NCBI GenBank assembly: GCA_036785375.1
Contig: JAWMAR010000027.1
Coordinates: forward strand, 6,572,001 to 6,636,000
Direction: 5' to 3'
Length of the DNA stretch: 64,000 nt
Source: Leucoraja ocellata
Taxonomy: Eukaryota
Position 1 is the stretch's first letter; every line of letters begins with the position of its first letter. The notes beneath the pieces are model-generated. The model worked only from the letters and a program-made list of their open reading frames with translations. It was not told where the DNA came from and searched no databases. The translations under genes and the position numbers were made by a program. Positions 26,908 to 40,689 of the stretch are shown here, in pieces.

Positions 26908-29677
26908 CTGGAGAGGTACAAAGGGTGAAAATTAATCAACGTTAATCCACATGTTCTGCAAGATTCAAACTGAAGTAAACCCAAATAAGGTTTGCAAGGT
27001 ATAACATAATCTTACCAGCAATGCAATTTAATTTATTTCTCTATGGATGAAAGACATTTAGTGTTAAAATAAGATGACTGTCTCTTATTTCTACTTTCTC
27101 CGGCAAGAGATTTGTAAATGTAGGTCTGGTTTTCGCAGTTTGTTCTGCTTTCACACAGACAAACAGAACATTGACTTCATGCAATCAGATTACTGTGACA
27201 GCAGTGATATGGTAAAGAAGTAATTTGCACTTCTCCTTCTGGGATTTGTTGTTACTGCTGGAGGGGACCCCACTATTCAGACATTCTGAACAAAAGACGC
27301 TAAATAAATTTTAGACATGAATCGAAAAAATAAGGTATTTAAGAATAGTTCATTCAACAAATTGTACATCAGACCCTTAATACCCTCTGTTAACGTAAGC
27401 AAAATATCACCAAGAGAATCCAAATTTGACATATGTGCATTTTCTATTCTTTGGAAGAATTTACTCATGGTTTCGGAAGCAGTCAATATTTCTGCTTCTT
27501 TTTTCCCTCCAAAATCAATTAACTTTTGCCCATTTATGTTCCAGAAACATAAATATTGCATCTAAATTTCAAGAAAATGAAAACTAATTTTGATGGGAAC
27601 TCTTAAAAAATAATAATTGTAAAGCAAATGGTTTATGTATATTTTTGTTTTACCCAGCGGGAAGGGCGGAGAGGTATGAAATACACTTTTACTATAAGTA
27701 TTCAGCCCACAAGTCACAACGAGTTACAAGGCTAAAGGATGTTTAAATGGTACTTGAAACCACTTTGCACTAATCAAAAGCTGTGGCTAAGGTAGATTAT
27801 GATGCAACATATTGGCAACCTAAGAAGCTCATTAGGGAGATAAGCAGGATCAGTGGGTCCATTCACAACACTGGGCAATTACAGAAAAAGGATTCTAAAT
27901 CAATTTTCATTTGGGTATAATTTGCCATCAGTCATGGTCAAAATAGTGCCTTGGGCCTCATACCAATGACTGACAAGTCTGGTGCTCCTGGACAAGTCCA
28001 TGAGGGTTTTCTTGGGCCCTGGAGAGACCGTCGTAATGAGTTGATGTCAGACCTGTCAGGCAAAGGCATGTGGTTATTTGCATAGAGGTTGCAAAGCTTG
28101 ATTGGACTCTTCATGGCTTGTGACCAGAGGAGCAAAAAGGTTGGCAGAAAAAATATCAAAATGCAGACTACCTGGAAAACCACAGGTCATGTCCATTATT
28201 ATGTTTTGGCGGGTTGAGACGAGAGTCGATTTCCAAAATCAGTTTTATTGACAAAATGACTAAATCAACGGAGTAACACAACACAGCAATACAAAAGTCC
28301 AACCACAACGGTGGTCGAGAACAACTGATGGGGCATCGCCCAGAAAGCGTGCAAACACAAAGCACCTCCCCATAGTCAAGTGACCGAAGCACCTGACCGC
28401 AGGGTTCGATTACCTGCGGGCACCAGCAGGTGCCGCCACAATGTCCGGTTTACAGATAACATTTTGCCAAAGACAAAAAGATAAAATTGGATTGCTTGAC
28501 TGCAGCCAATGAATGAAATGCGGGATAGCTTACTGCTGCATTCTCACTCGTACCGAACCTGCATATTTTTTATCCCTTCCTCTCCACTTCGGTGACTGCA
28601 ACATTCCATGCTTTACTGACTTTGCTTTGTTTTTTTTTGTTTTTTAAGGAGTCCAAGGAAGAATAATAGCACTGTTCTCCCTAATCCTGATCCACATACA
28701 ATGAGTCCATTGACTGCTGTTATTTGGAGGAAGCATCCCAATTGTGTATGTTGTCCTTTTCTTGAAATCCCTTCATTATTTTAGAAGAGCCTGCTATTCA
28801 CCGAGAACAGCTTATTTTAAACTAAGGCCCTTCATAGAAGGTCCACCACAGAAACAGGCCATTCTGCCCTTTTGCTGCATGCCAGTCATGATCCTCATTT
28901 AACCAGAACCTTTCATATCTTTTTGCTCAGGTTCCTCTGAAGTGTATTTAAATTATTCACTTGAGTCGAGTTATTCCCTGGAGGAGTTAATTCCACATTC
29001 CACAAACTCTCAGGGCAAAATGTCAAATTCCCTATTGGAGTAAATATTTTATTTATGGTTCCATTTTAGCCACTAGCAGGACAAGACAAACTATGTCCCT
29101 TTATGTGTGAGCCGTCCTTCATATTGCTTTCTGCTGAATCGTCTCATGCTTTCCATCTCGTTTTTGTCCTTCAATCAGGTCATACTTCAACTTGGGCTTT
29201 TTCGGTTATGAGGGGGTAAACCAAATGTTCTGAACAACCAGGCATGCAATGGAGTTCATCCCTTTCTTTGAATTATGTTTCTAGCATCAAAATGGAAGGT
29301 GCATTTTAAACCCACAAATATTTCCAGGAAAGGGAATTGCAGCCTTCAACAAACAAACATTCCTTGGAAGATAGATGTAATCCCTTTGGCAGGCTCCTCT
29401 CATAGTTTCTCCTTCAAGAACCTAAAGCAGCTGATGTAGAAACATCCGTGCTACCATGCTAACAAGAGATGTTTGTTGTACAACTGATATAATTATTCAA
29501 AAAGGCAGAAGAGAGAATGCAGTGCATATGTTGAGAGCTAAATATCTAATATATACGTCTAGACTGCAACTGGAGACTCTAGCTAACAGAACCAACTTTT
29601 GTCGTGTTCCAACATGCTATCCTCATTCGTATCAGTTCAATGTTTTTAGACTTAAATTGCTCTTTTGATTAAGCTGA

Positions 29678-30432
29678 ATGTTTGGCCGATTAGGAAAAGG
29701 GGAGATGCAACGAGACCTGGGTGTCATGGTACACCAGTCATTGAAAGTAGGCACACAGGTGCAGCAGGCAGTGAAGAAAGCGAATGGTATGTTAGCATTC
29801 ATAGCAAAAGGATTTGAGTATAGGAGCAGGGAGGTTCTACTGCAGTTGTCTTGGTGAGACCACACCCGGAGTATTGCGTTCAGTTTTGGTCTCCAAATCT
29901 GAGGAAAGACATTCTTGCCATAGAGGGAGTACAGAGAAGGTTCACCAGACTGATTCCTTGGATGTCAGGACTTTCATATGAAGGAAGACTGGATAGACTC
30001 AGATTGTACTCACTAGAATTTAGAAGATTGAGGGGGGGGGGGGGGGGGGGGATCTTATAGAAACTTACAAAATTCTTAAGGGGTTGGACAGGCTAGATGC
30101 AGGAAGATTGTTCCCGATGTTGGGAAGTCCAGAACAAGGGGTCACAGTTTAAGGATAAGGGGGAAATCTTTTAGGACCGAGATGAGAAAAACATTTTTCA
30201 CACAGAGAGTGGTGAATCTCTGGAATTCTCTGCCACAGAAGGTAGTTGAGGCCAGTTAATTGGCTATATTTAAGAGGGAGTTAGATGTGGCCCTTGTGGC
30301 TAATGGGATCAGGGGTATGGAGAGAAGGCAGGTACAGGATACTGAGTTGGATGACCAGCCATGATCATATTGAATGGTGGTGCAGGCTCGAAGGGCCGAA
30401 TGGCCTACTCCTGCACCTATTTTCTATGTTTC
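29678..30432 (+). mobile_element. CR1/HER1-like LINE, 5'-truncated
   Basis: VRPHPEYCVQFWSP..DILAIEGVQRRFTRLIP..LYSLEFRRLRG, tail TTTCTATG repeats, target duplication TAAGCTGA at 29670-29677 and 30433-30440; internal G20 run. Confidence 0.9.
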
Positions 30433-31081
30433 TAAGCTGATTGAATGAAGATCCTGCTACCTACTGTCTGTAGCATCATGTTTGTTCTTCAAAGGACTGA
30501 TTCTATTCATTGTTCTACTTTGGCTAATTATCTTAAAACATAAAATCCACGTGAATTATATGATCTCCCTCTTGCAACATATTATTAAGCTGTTATAACA
30601 CTTCCTTGACATTTTAACAAGACTGCTTTGGAAAGATATGAATGCCTCAGCAATCTTTCACTTTCAACAAGTTCTTAGAACTTTGCAAGCAATTCTGTTT
30701 GCTGTTGAAAACCATCAATGCGAAGAGGTGAAAGGATGGAAATAATATTCTTTGGATTTACAAAACTCAAAAAAACAACAATTATCATTTGAAAATGTAT
30801 AAACGAAATAAACAGTGAAATAATCAATTTGTGGCTAGACTGGTTATTTGCGAGCAAAGTAATGAGTATTATGCTTGAAACATAATTGGCTTTTCAGCGC
30901 GCAAATGTTTCCAACATAAAGGATTTCAATCAAACTTGCATTCCAATTAGCAATTACATTTTCACATCTTAATCAGTTCCCTATAAGACAAACATTGCCA
31001 TTCAAATGGAAGCTTTCTCCATAACTAACCCTATCTACAACACTTATTAATTCCCAAACAAACTAATATCTATTTCAACAT

Positions 31082-31276
31082 GTGTAAGAAAGAACTTCAG
31101 ATGCTGGTTTAAATCTAAGGTAGACACAAAACGCTGGAGTAACTCAGCGGGCCAGGCAGCATCTCTGGAGAGAAGGAATGGGTGACGTTACAGGTCGAGA
31201 CCCTTCTTCAGACCATTCCTTCTCTCCAGAGATGCTGCCTGTCCCGCTGAGTTACTCCAGCATTTTGTGTCTACCT
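31082..31276. mobile_element. Penelope terminal-repeat fold-back unit
   Basis: 65-bp inverted arms at 31117-31181 and 31213-31277 (2 mismatches); flanking 13-bp direct repeat TCTATTTCAACAT. Confidence 0.8.
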
Positions 31277-34200
31277 TCTATTTCAACATATTCAACTCTG
31301 CGTGATGAAGGACTGGAATAGCTCATTTATAGGAAAGACTTGACCCTGGATGACCAATACGATAAATGTATCTGAAGGTACATTATTGATCTGCACCTAA
31401 CATTTAACATCTGCAGTACTTTCATTCAGTTTTGCCAAATAACCAATTCCTGAGACATACAAAGGAAAAGACACAAAGTGCTGGAATAATTCAGCGGGTC
31501 AGGCAGCAGATAGGTGACTTTTCGTGTCAGAACCCTTCTTCAGACTGATTGTATGGGGGGATGTGAGGAATGAACTCGGAAGAGAGGAGGGGGAGGACAA
31601 AACATAGCAAGCAATAGGTGAGCACAGGAGAGTACTATGTTTACACATCTGTTGTGCTGCTGCAAGTAAGAATTTCATTGTTCTGTTTTGAGACTTACAA
31701 CATTAAAACATTTGACACTTGAGGGCTTTTTTTGATTGGCAGATGGCTGGACAAAGGCCAGAGATGAAAATAATGTGTAAAACAAAACAGCTGAAGAGTT
31801 GCTAATTGTGAAGCCCAAGGAAGGAATGTAGGTGGAGGTGGAGGAGGATGGGGTTCTTATCCACTTTCAGATGCTGCCTGACCTGATGTGGGTTCCAGAA
31901 TGTTCTAACTTTTGCTCTAGCCATTTTGATCATTTTTATCTCCACTCTCACTGGATATAAACATTTCTTGTATTTTTTCAAGACAGCAGAGAATCTGAAC
32001 AGCAGAGGAACAAAAAAATAAATACACCGCCTACTGAGCCGCAGGATATCCCTCTGCTCTTTATCTTGGTGTTGAATAATAAATTTAATAAACATGGTCT
32101 GTTGCTTTAATATTGCAAGCTGTGTGGTGTTTCAGAAGTCAACGTATTCAGGAGTACAGACATCAAATCCACAAGGTAATTCAAATCTCATGAGAAAGAC
32201 CTTCATAAAAACTAATTTTCACACCAATCTGTATCTTATTATTCCACCCTGCTTATTTTTTCATCTCTTTATGAGAATGCTTTCCCTATCTGACGTGCAG
32301 GGTCTAAGCAGCTGGTGTCAGTTAGCATAATCTGCTGTCTTTCTGAATCCTGTTACCAGTTTTTCTTGTGGAAATACTTTGAACCAGATATAAAAATACC
32401 CAGAAATTCAGGACTATTTGAAATTTGCAGCAATTTGATGTTAATCTTGCTGAAATAAAGAGAATACACAAAATCAGATAAAAAAAGATAACATCGCAGA
32501 ATTCCAAAAGTTCCCAGACAAAAACAATGTATTCAGAGTATTTCTGGGAATCTGATATATACTGAGGGTTTTGTTCCTCCCATGATGAGCTGTATTACTG
32601 GCAGCAATGCTTACGTGATTATTGCTCATAAATGAGAACATCACAGATTCCTTGATTGACCTCACTGGTCAATATAGTGGTGACGGAATTCTGCAAATTC
32701 TGAACTCAACATTTATTGCTACTGACTAAGAAAAAAATCTCTTGACAGTCTACTTCTATTTTTCCCATGAATAACAATTTTGGTCTAAAGACCGAAAACA
32801 TCACCCATCCATGTTCTCCAGAGATGCTGCCTGACCTGCCAAGTTAATCCACACTTTTGTTTTGCATAAACCGGCATCTGTAATTCCTTGTAAGTCATCA
32901 ACAATTCTATGCAGTGACACCAGGGCACAATACAATTTCATGATGGTATTAATCAGAAATCTTCAGGGCAGGAGCCGTTTATTTACTTTCTTCAGATATT
33001 TCTGGTTTGCACTCCTTCATCCAAGAAGGCATTACCCACTTTCCTGCGCCATCCTACAGAGCATTGTGGAAATGAGTCAAGAGTGTTTTATTGTCATATG
33101 TCACAAAATGGAACAATAAAAATCTTACTTGCAGAAGCTTGCAGCAAACCTGCCTCTGTGAAAGTTTAAATTTGGTTGAAAGCTCCTTAATGAAGTCATT
33201 GCTTAAAATGAGGATGATCCATTTGAGCGATTTATATTTGATGACTGTCGAGTACCATTGGGGCAAAATTCAAAGCTCATAGAACAGAAAAAAAATCCAC
33301 TTATTGGTCATAACAATGGATGCTCTGTTAGTATTGAACAACGATGCCTCCTGTTCAATAGCATAGTCATACAATTTATTTTGGTTTACCATTTGGACCA
33401 ATGCCTGTGTATGGACGTTGCTTGACATGATTTCCAAGAAGCCGGAAGGCCACCTGGTCCTTTGAGTTCCTCCACCATTCATCATAATCAGGCTGGTCAT
33501 CTACTCCAGTTTCATTCCCCTTTACTCTTGCTTTCCTTAATATCCAGATTTCTAACAGTCTTTGGTACCACTAAGCATCCACAATCCTTCATGTGGAGAA
33601 TCCCAATGATTTACCAGCCTCTGTGAAAATAAACTTTTTCTTTATCTCAGTCCAAAAAAGGTATTTCCCTTATTTCAAGGTTGTGACCCCCGGTTCTGAA
33701 CTCTCCAGCCAAGAGTCACTGGTTGAAGCGTTCAAATCTGATGAACTCAGAAGTGGGCCAGTTTTCACGGAAATAGAATTCGATATTGAGGTAGCAAACA
33801 CATCCAGATGGAAGATGGGGTAGTGTTCCTCAAGATTATGTAGGCGTATTGTTGGAAAAATCCTGGAAGACACAGCAAGTTAGGTTGCAATGTGAGAGGA
33901 ATTAAGAATTGCAGTGATGGGCATTGGTGAGTCAGTCCTGCCCCCCAACCCCTCTCAAAGGATCATTCGGTCATTAGATGATGAGAAGGGAGGAGGAAAA
34001 ATGGGGATAATTAATCCAGATTAAATGTACAACCACAAATTTGAAAACTGGGCAAAGAAAAATACACGAAGGTTTGCGCTGTTATGCGGATTTTGTGGTC
34101 TATTGGTCTCCAAGGTGTTAATTCCTCACGCAGCTCTCCTCTCACCTTTCCTCTTTCAATTGTGCCATCAATATCTTCTTTCTGCTTCTTGTGACCATGT

Positions 34201-36934
34201 TCCGACCTTCCTTATAACTGCATGTGAATTACCGGCCTCCATTACCTCTGATAGAGTATTTATATTTCCGAACTCCTCTTTGGATTTATTGGGACAATCC
34301 TATTTTTCTCACTGTTCATACTTTATGGGTTATATGTAATTTGAAAGATCTCAATACCTTTTCTGTTTTTAACCATTGCCTTCCAAGAAAGATGTTCAAA
34401 CTTTTCAATCTTTCTTGATAAACACATCTCGGTCAACTGAGTGAATCATTTTAAATTCTTCTCTAATGCTCCTATTTTCTTTGAATAACAAATAGAGCAG
34501 ATTTTGGATTAAAATGAGTTTTCTGTTACATTCTGCCTGAATATATTCACTTTTAAAGTAACTATTCGGCATTAGAGCATAACTTTTATCCAGGAGCTCT
34601 GTTTTTACTTCCTAAACCCTAAATAAATGTTGGTTAGCAGGTTAATTGTCCTCTTTCAATTGTCCTTAGTGTTGAGGTAAGTGGAAGAATCTGAAAGAAG
34701 AGAAGAATGCGGGGAGATAAAAAGTGGGATTAATGTAGGTTGAGTGGAAATAAGGTGTTTGAGAGTCAACACAGACTCAGTGGGTTGGAGAGCCTGATTT
34801 TGTGCAGTATCCCTCTCTGATTTTATGGCACATACGCAATTCCTTGGGTCAAGAAAGGACCTTCGGAGAACATTTACTTTTTGGCACCAATTTATTTCTG
34901 GAGCTCGGTGAGATTACGTGGGAGAAGAGATGTGTGGTGTCAAATCTAATCAAAAAAACTCTCTGCGTCAGAGATCTGTTTAAAGCTTATTTCATCTCAC
35001 TTTTTTAAACTAAGCATGTTCCACGTTCTAAATATTTAAATTCTTAACTGTTATAATGGAACCTCTGGGACATTGTTTATTCATAAAACATAAGTAGATG
35101 TTCAAGTTGAACCAGACTCAACTTCACTAAAATGTTGCTCTGCCTGCCTGAACTGTAACTGCAGTTATATTATGATTGTGCCCTTAAAGGTCATGAAAAC
35201 TTCCTAAATTACACTTGACCCAATCACTAAAGGCAGCTATCCAAGATGGTGCCAAATATTGTCACAAATAGCCAATAATGCAGTTCAACAAGTGTGGATT
35301 AAAGCCATACCCATACACGTGAACTGTACAAAACACAATTAAGACCTTTCAAGAGTTAATTCCACGATCAAGTGTAAAGAAGATTTTGTTAAGTTTCCAT
35401 GACAAAACTCTAGAACAGTCCATAAACTGGCTAATTACCTCAAAGCCTCATTCTTTCCACCTTTAATGTGGCAACGACCCATTCACACGTAGAGGTTATT
35501 GAACTTGTAGCCTTGGAGGAGAAGGATGTGCACCTCCCTACTGTAACAACTGCAACAGACTCCAAGCTCAATTTTCCTGCCCTACTGAGCAGCTAGTTAT
35601 TTTTAGCAGAGTCCATTAAATTTTTACGCCAATTTTAATCACAATAAAATATCTTCATCTCATAATTGGTCATAATTTGGAGTAGATGAAATGAACAATA
35701 AAACAAATAAATTAAATGCAAGAAAATTGAAAACAGGTGAAATGACATGGTTGATGGAAGACTGTTTTCTGTTGGTGGGTAATGCATTAGATGCAGAACA
35801 TATCATCTACGGAGAGCCAAGACTTGGCTTTCTGCTTGGATCTAATTGCTAAAAGACAGCATAGGAATAATGCCTATTACCACGAACAAAATGAAACCTG
35901 TACACTGGGAAAAAAAATGTTTAAAGCCGCAAAGAATAGAAGAAATGTCGAGGCCAATAAAATTAAGCTCTAGAATCAGGATGTGGGTGGTTTAATATGG
36001 CATGCAGCACAAGGAGAATGAACAGGAAGTGCAAAAAACCATTGGAGTAATTAGGGCAGGAAATAAAGAAGGTCAAATGGTTAGCAAACCAGATTATGCT
36101 CTTTTCTTGCCTGTGCACATTGTCACTGGGCTCATGACCAAATCCATTATGCCCATTTGCTTGTTACAAGTTCTGCGCTACCCAGGGAGTAATACATCTG
36201 TAGTGGGTGAACAAAAATATGTCAATCGTGGCGACTTGGCAAGGTGGCTGCCCACTCCACTTCATCTCCCAAGTCTTTCAGCCAAAGCTTGTGATTCAGA
36301 TTCAATAGCATCAGCTGTTTCAGCAGTGAACTCCGGCAATAAGATTGAAAGCGTTATATTGTTGAGACAAAATCCAAAGTACTGGAAATAGCATGAAATA
36401 ATAACCTATTTTTCATCTTTAATCAATAAAAAAGTCTCTAATTAATTTTTAGACAGTGTATGGAAATCCTGACCCATCTTAAGAGTAAAATTCCCGTGGC
36501 TAAAATGAAATTATGTTAACATTATAAGAGTAAATTAAAATTCAACTAAAAACAATATACTTAGTTATTTCACATAAACTTTCTTTGCTGCCAATTACAT
36601 TACTAGAGTAACGTGGATTCATTCAACAAACTACATATCACAATAAGGTCCCCAAAAATTATCAGAAAGTGGTTTGAAATGTCATTTGAATGGCTTACAC
36701 ACAAATATCTTTGCTAAAACAAGCTTTGCACAGCAGCTTACAGGGCAAGAATGAAGTGAAAATGGCTGTCAAAAGTCTGCTGCTCAGCTATCTGAGAGGA
36801 GCTTCAAAATCTGGAAAGCACTCCTTTCATCGTTTTACAGACAAATGTCAAAATTTTTCCATGACTAGCCATATCCATAGGGTACAATGGATGCTCTTTC
36901 CTTTCGTGCTTTATGTACACATATAGTTACACAA

Positions 36935-37373
36935 CACAAAAACAAGCCTCTTGCCCAATTTATCTTGCCAACCAAGATGCCCATCCAGTCTGGTCCCATA
37001 TCCCTCTAAGCCTTTCCTATCCATGCACCTGTTCAAATGCCTTTCAAGTGTAGTTATTGCAACTGCCTCAACCACTTCAGCTCGTTCCATAAATCTACCA
37101 TCTGAGCAAAAAAAAACTCCCTTCAGGTCCCTCAACCCTAGAAAAAATATGGTACATTGCACTTATCTAGGCCCCTTGTGCTTTTGTGCATCGAGAAGAT
37201 TACCCCTCAGCCTCCTATACCCTAGGGAATAGTGTCCTGGCCTGCCCAATCTCTCCCTACAGCTCAGGCCCTTGAGGACTGCCAACATTCTTATAAATTT
37301 TAACTGTACTCTTTCCAGCGTACTGGAATCTTTCATATAGCAGGATGACCAAAACTGAACCAATACTCTTAAG
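36935..37373 (-). mobile_element. CR1-like LINE fragment
   Basis: Minus ORF VQFWSSCY.KD..TLERVQ.KF.RML..L..LS.RERLGR.G.YSL..RRLRG. Confidence 0.75.
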
Positions 37374-37655
37374 ATTGACACAAAGTGCTGGAGCAACTCA
37401 GCGGGTCAGGCAGCATCTCTGGAGGAAAAGGACAGGTGACATTTTGGGGCAGGACCCTGCTTCAGACTGAAAGTAGAGGTGAGAGAACTGGAAAAGGCCA
37501 GAACAAAGCAGGGCCAGCAACAGATGACCAAGGCAGGGTAGAGCCCATAATGGCCCATAGTTGGCAGGGAAAGAGATGCTGCCTGGCCCGTTGAGTTACT
37601 CCAGCACAATGTGACCAGCTTCAGAATATACCATCATCTGCAGTTCTTGTCTGCA
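37374..37655. mobile_element. Penelope terminal-repeat fold-back unit
   Basis: Inverted gctggag.aactcagcggg arms; flanked by CAATACTCT(T)AAG. Confidence 0.7.
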
Positions 37656-39683
37656 CAATACTCTAAGTACAGGCAGAGAGGTCACAAGTGGGGCCCCACG
37701 TACAATTTCAAGTCAAGGCCATTAAGCTCTGTAATATTAAGGTCTGCTAATTTCAAAACTGTGTTTGAAAATAATGCATTCTGTTCAATATGGCAGCTGC
37801 TGTGACTTGCACTACAAGTATGAGTAAAAGAACAAAGTGCTAGAATAACTCAGCAGCTTCGGCAGCACCTCTGAGGACATGAATAGACGATATTTGGGGT
37901 CGTGACCCTTCTTCAGACTGTTACGGTCCTTCGTGGAAGTCAGGCAGGTGATGAAGTATCGACTGAAGGCATGGATCCAGTGGATGATGAAGAGGAGTTG
38001 GTGTCCATGGCATGTCTGAGTGAGTGAGGCCCGTAGTTTTTGCAGAGACTGAGGGAGAGCCAGCCAGTACCGGCGCATGGTGGAGAATGCATGGAGGAAG
38101 AACTGTTGCTGGAAGTGGTGGATACCTTAGATCCAGGTCAGGTCTGAACTGGGAATCCTGGATTTGGAGTTGGAAGCCACAAGTCACAAGATTGTGATGC
38201 AGGTAAGTGCTGCAGAAACACACATGATCGTGGTTGCGTTTCTGGGTCAGAATATGGTAGAAAAGCAGGAATTACAGAGGAGGAGCAGTTAGAGCAAGTC
38301 TCACAAATCTCCCATCAGAGACAGGATAGGAACTCGAGGTGGGCATACTGAGGAGATTTCACAATGGAGCAGTAAAATTGAAACACAAGGAACTGCAGAT
38401 GCTGGAATCTTCAGCAAAACACCGAGAGGTTCAATATATCAGCGGGTCAGGCAGCATCTCTGGAGGACATGGATAGGCCACATTTCGTGTTGGAGCACTG
38501 CATCAAACTACAAATACGTGAATTTATATCAGAATCTGTCAGAAAATCAACATCCAAAGTGCCCAAACTGCCTCTGCTACATCAGATTCATTGTTTGTTA
38601 GAAGTTTCAAACTTCTATGCCTCATTAGTCACGGTAACTAAACATTCTGAGTCATAAATATGGTTGACCAACCTCTCAACTACTAAAGTCTATTTTTATG
38701 AGTGTGCAGTCTCAGAACACTTAAATATTAAATGATTCGTAAAATAATAAAAATCACCACATTCTCCTTAAAATGCATTCAAACGTCAAAAATGTCTAAA
38801 GTGGTTTCTGCAAAATCATATCAATGTGAAGTATATGTCATGTCTTTATTTCCAGACTTGTCATATACTTCAATCTGACGAATGCATCAGTAAACCTTTT
38901 CACTGGACACTTCAGTTCCACAATAAATGGAACTCAAAGTGATCACTTGACAGGTGGAATTTATAGTCTGCAATCCCCTAATTTTTTCAGGATAGTCTTG
39001 GTCAAGTTCCTTTGCTGCTGACTGGAAAATCCAGGACATTGTGACGATGGGCGAGGAAGAGCAAAGATGACTTCTAGTCTATAAGAAAAATTGGATTGGA
39101 CTACTTTTTACAACTTTATCTATTCCATTCAAAGTGCTAGTTTGGAGAATTTGTTTGGGTTTAGTTATCAACTAAGCCCTGGAGTAATTGGTCGAGTTAC
39201 CTAAAAACCTTATGTTAATGTGCACAAGGTTGTCAATAGCAGAGACACAAATCTTCACAGGATTAGTTTGAGCAGGCAAGTCCTGTTAATGAATCTAGCA
39301 ATCAAAAAGCCCGAGGAGCTGTTGTGGGAATGGACGAGGCGAACAACACAGATTTTCAAAGAAGGTCGGGTAATCCAACAATCAAAATCTCACATAAGAA
39401 TTATCGGTGGACAAACGGAAAAGGCCATTCAGTAATTTAAAAGCATTGTTTTTGTTAAAATAATGAACAATGGGAAGGATTATTCATTATAAAAACAGAT
39501 AAAGGCTATCGATTTTAAAATGTAGTCCCATCTTTATTATCGGACCAACTAGTAGAGATTTGTTTTATTTAGTTATTCCGTCATCGTGCAAAGTCCATTC
39601 CTGAACCCAGGAGACAATTAAGAGTAAACTACACAAGCAGGTCATGATGGTACACCTCTTTATTTTACAATAATCCAGAATTC

Positions 39684-40013
39684 GGTATATATCCGGTAGG
39701 CGGCGCGGCTCTGGCCAGCAGCGGCCTCTGCAGCCTGTCCGCGTTTTGTTATTTTTTGTCTGTGTTTCTGTGTAGTTTTTGTTATTTTATGTTGGGGTGT
39801 GTGTGTGGGGGGGTGGGGGTGGGGTGGGAGGGGGGGGGAAACTTTTGAATCTCTCCCTGCACTGGAGACCCGACCTTTCTCGTCGGGTCTCAGGTGTCGT
39901 TGAGGCCGCAACGAGGAGCGGCCTCCAACGGGAAGAAGCCGGGGACTCTGGTGCCGACTCACCTCACCGTCGCGGAGCTGGCCGAGACCGGAGCGGGTGG
40001 AGCGGTGGAGGAG

Positions 40014-40074
<61 letters not shown>

Positions 40075-40586
40075 GATGCCGCTGCTGAGTCGGAGGCTGC
40101 TACTGCGGGTCTGCGGACGGCTCGGACGACCCCGCGCGGCTCCCTGGAGGGAGACCGCTTTTCGGGCTGCTGCAACGGCGAATTCTCCCGCCCGTGTTGC
40201 GGGGTCGAAGAGCTCCTGGAGCGGGGCCTAACACCATTGCCCCGCGCGGCTGGAACGGCCGCGGGACTTTGCGAGCGCACACCGGGGGCTCCAACATCAA
40301 GACCCGGTGTGCGACCTTGCACCACCCGGCGTGGCTTCAATGGCCGCGGGACAATCGCCATCGCCAGCCGGGGGCTTTGACTTTGACTGTGACATCGGGG
40401 GGGGGGAGAGTGCAGTGGAGAGATAAGTTTTTTTGGCCTTCCATCACAGTTATGTGATGGATGTTTATGTTAAATGTAATTATGTTGTGTCTGGGGTCTA
40501 TTTGTGTGTAATGTATGGCTGCAGAAACGGCATTTCGTTTGGACCCCCAGGGGTCCAAATGACAATTAAATTGACTCTTGACTCTT
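39684..40586 (+). mobile_element. GC/CpG-rich ~0.9-kb putative non-autonomous retroposon
   Basis: Sharp compositional edges, 3' end gacaattaaattGACTCTTGACTCTT, flanking GAATTC at 39678-39683 and 40587-40592. Confidence 0.65.
40015..40071. repeat. (GCT)19 trinucleotide repeat
   Basis: Pure tract, read directly. Confidence 0.97.
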
Positions 40587-40689
40587 GAATTCTGCAGTTA
40601 CCTTTTCTGAGACTAGTTTTAATTCTAGATTTATTTGTTTATTTAAATTCCACAACTACCATGGTAGTTGTGGAAAATACATATCTAAA

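Noticed and set aside
30032-30051. G20 run
   Set aside because: Expansion of the CR1 AGGGGGGATC motif; homopolymer length is unreliable.
39660-40380. Long overlapping ORFs with poly-Ala, poly-Leu or poly-Cys
   Set aside because: Explained by high GC and the triplet repeat; no recognisable domain; lies inside a probable retroposon.
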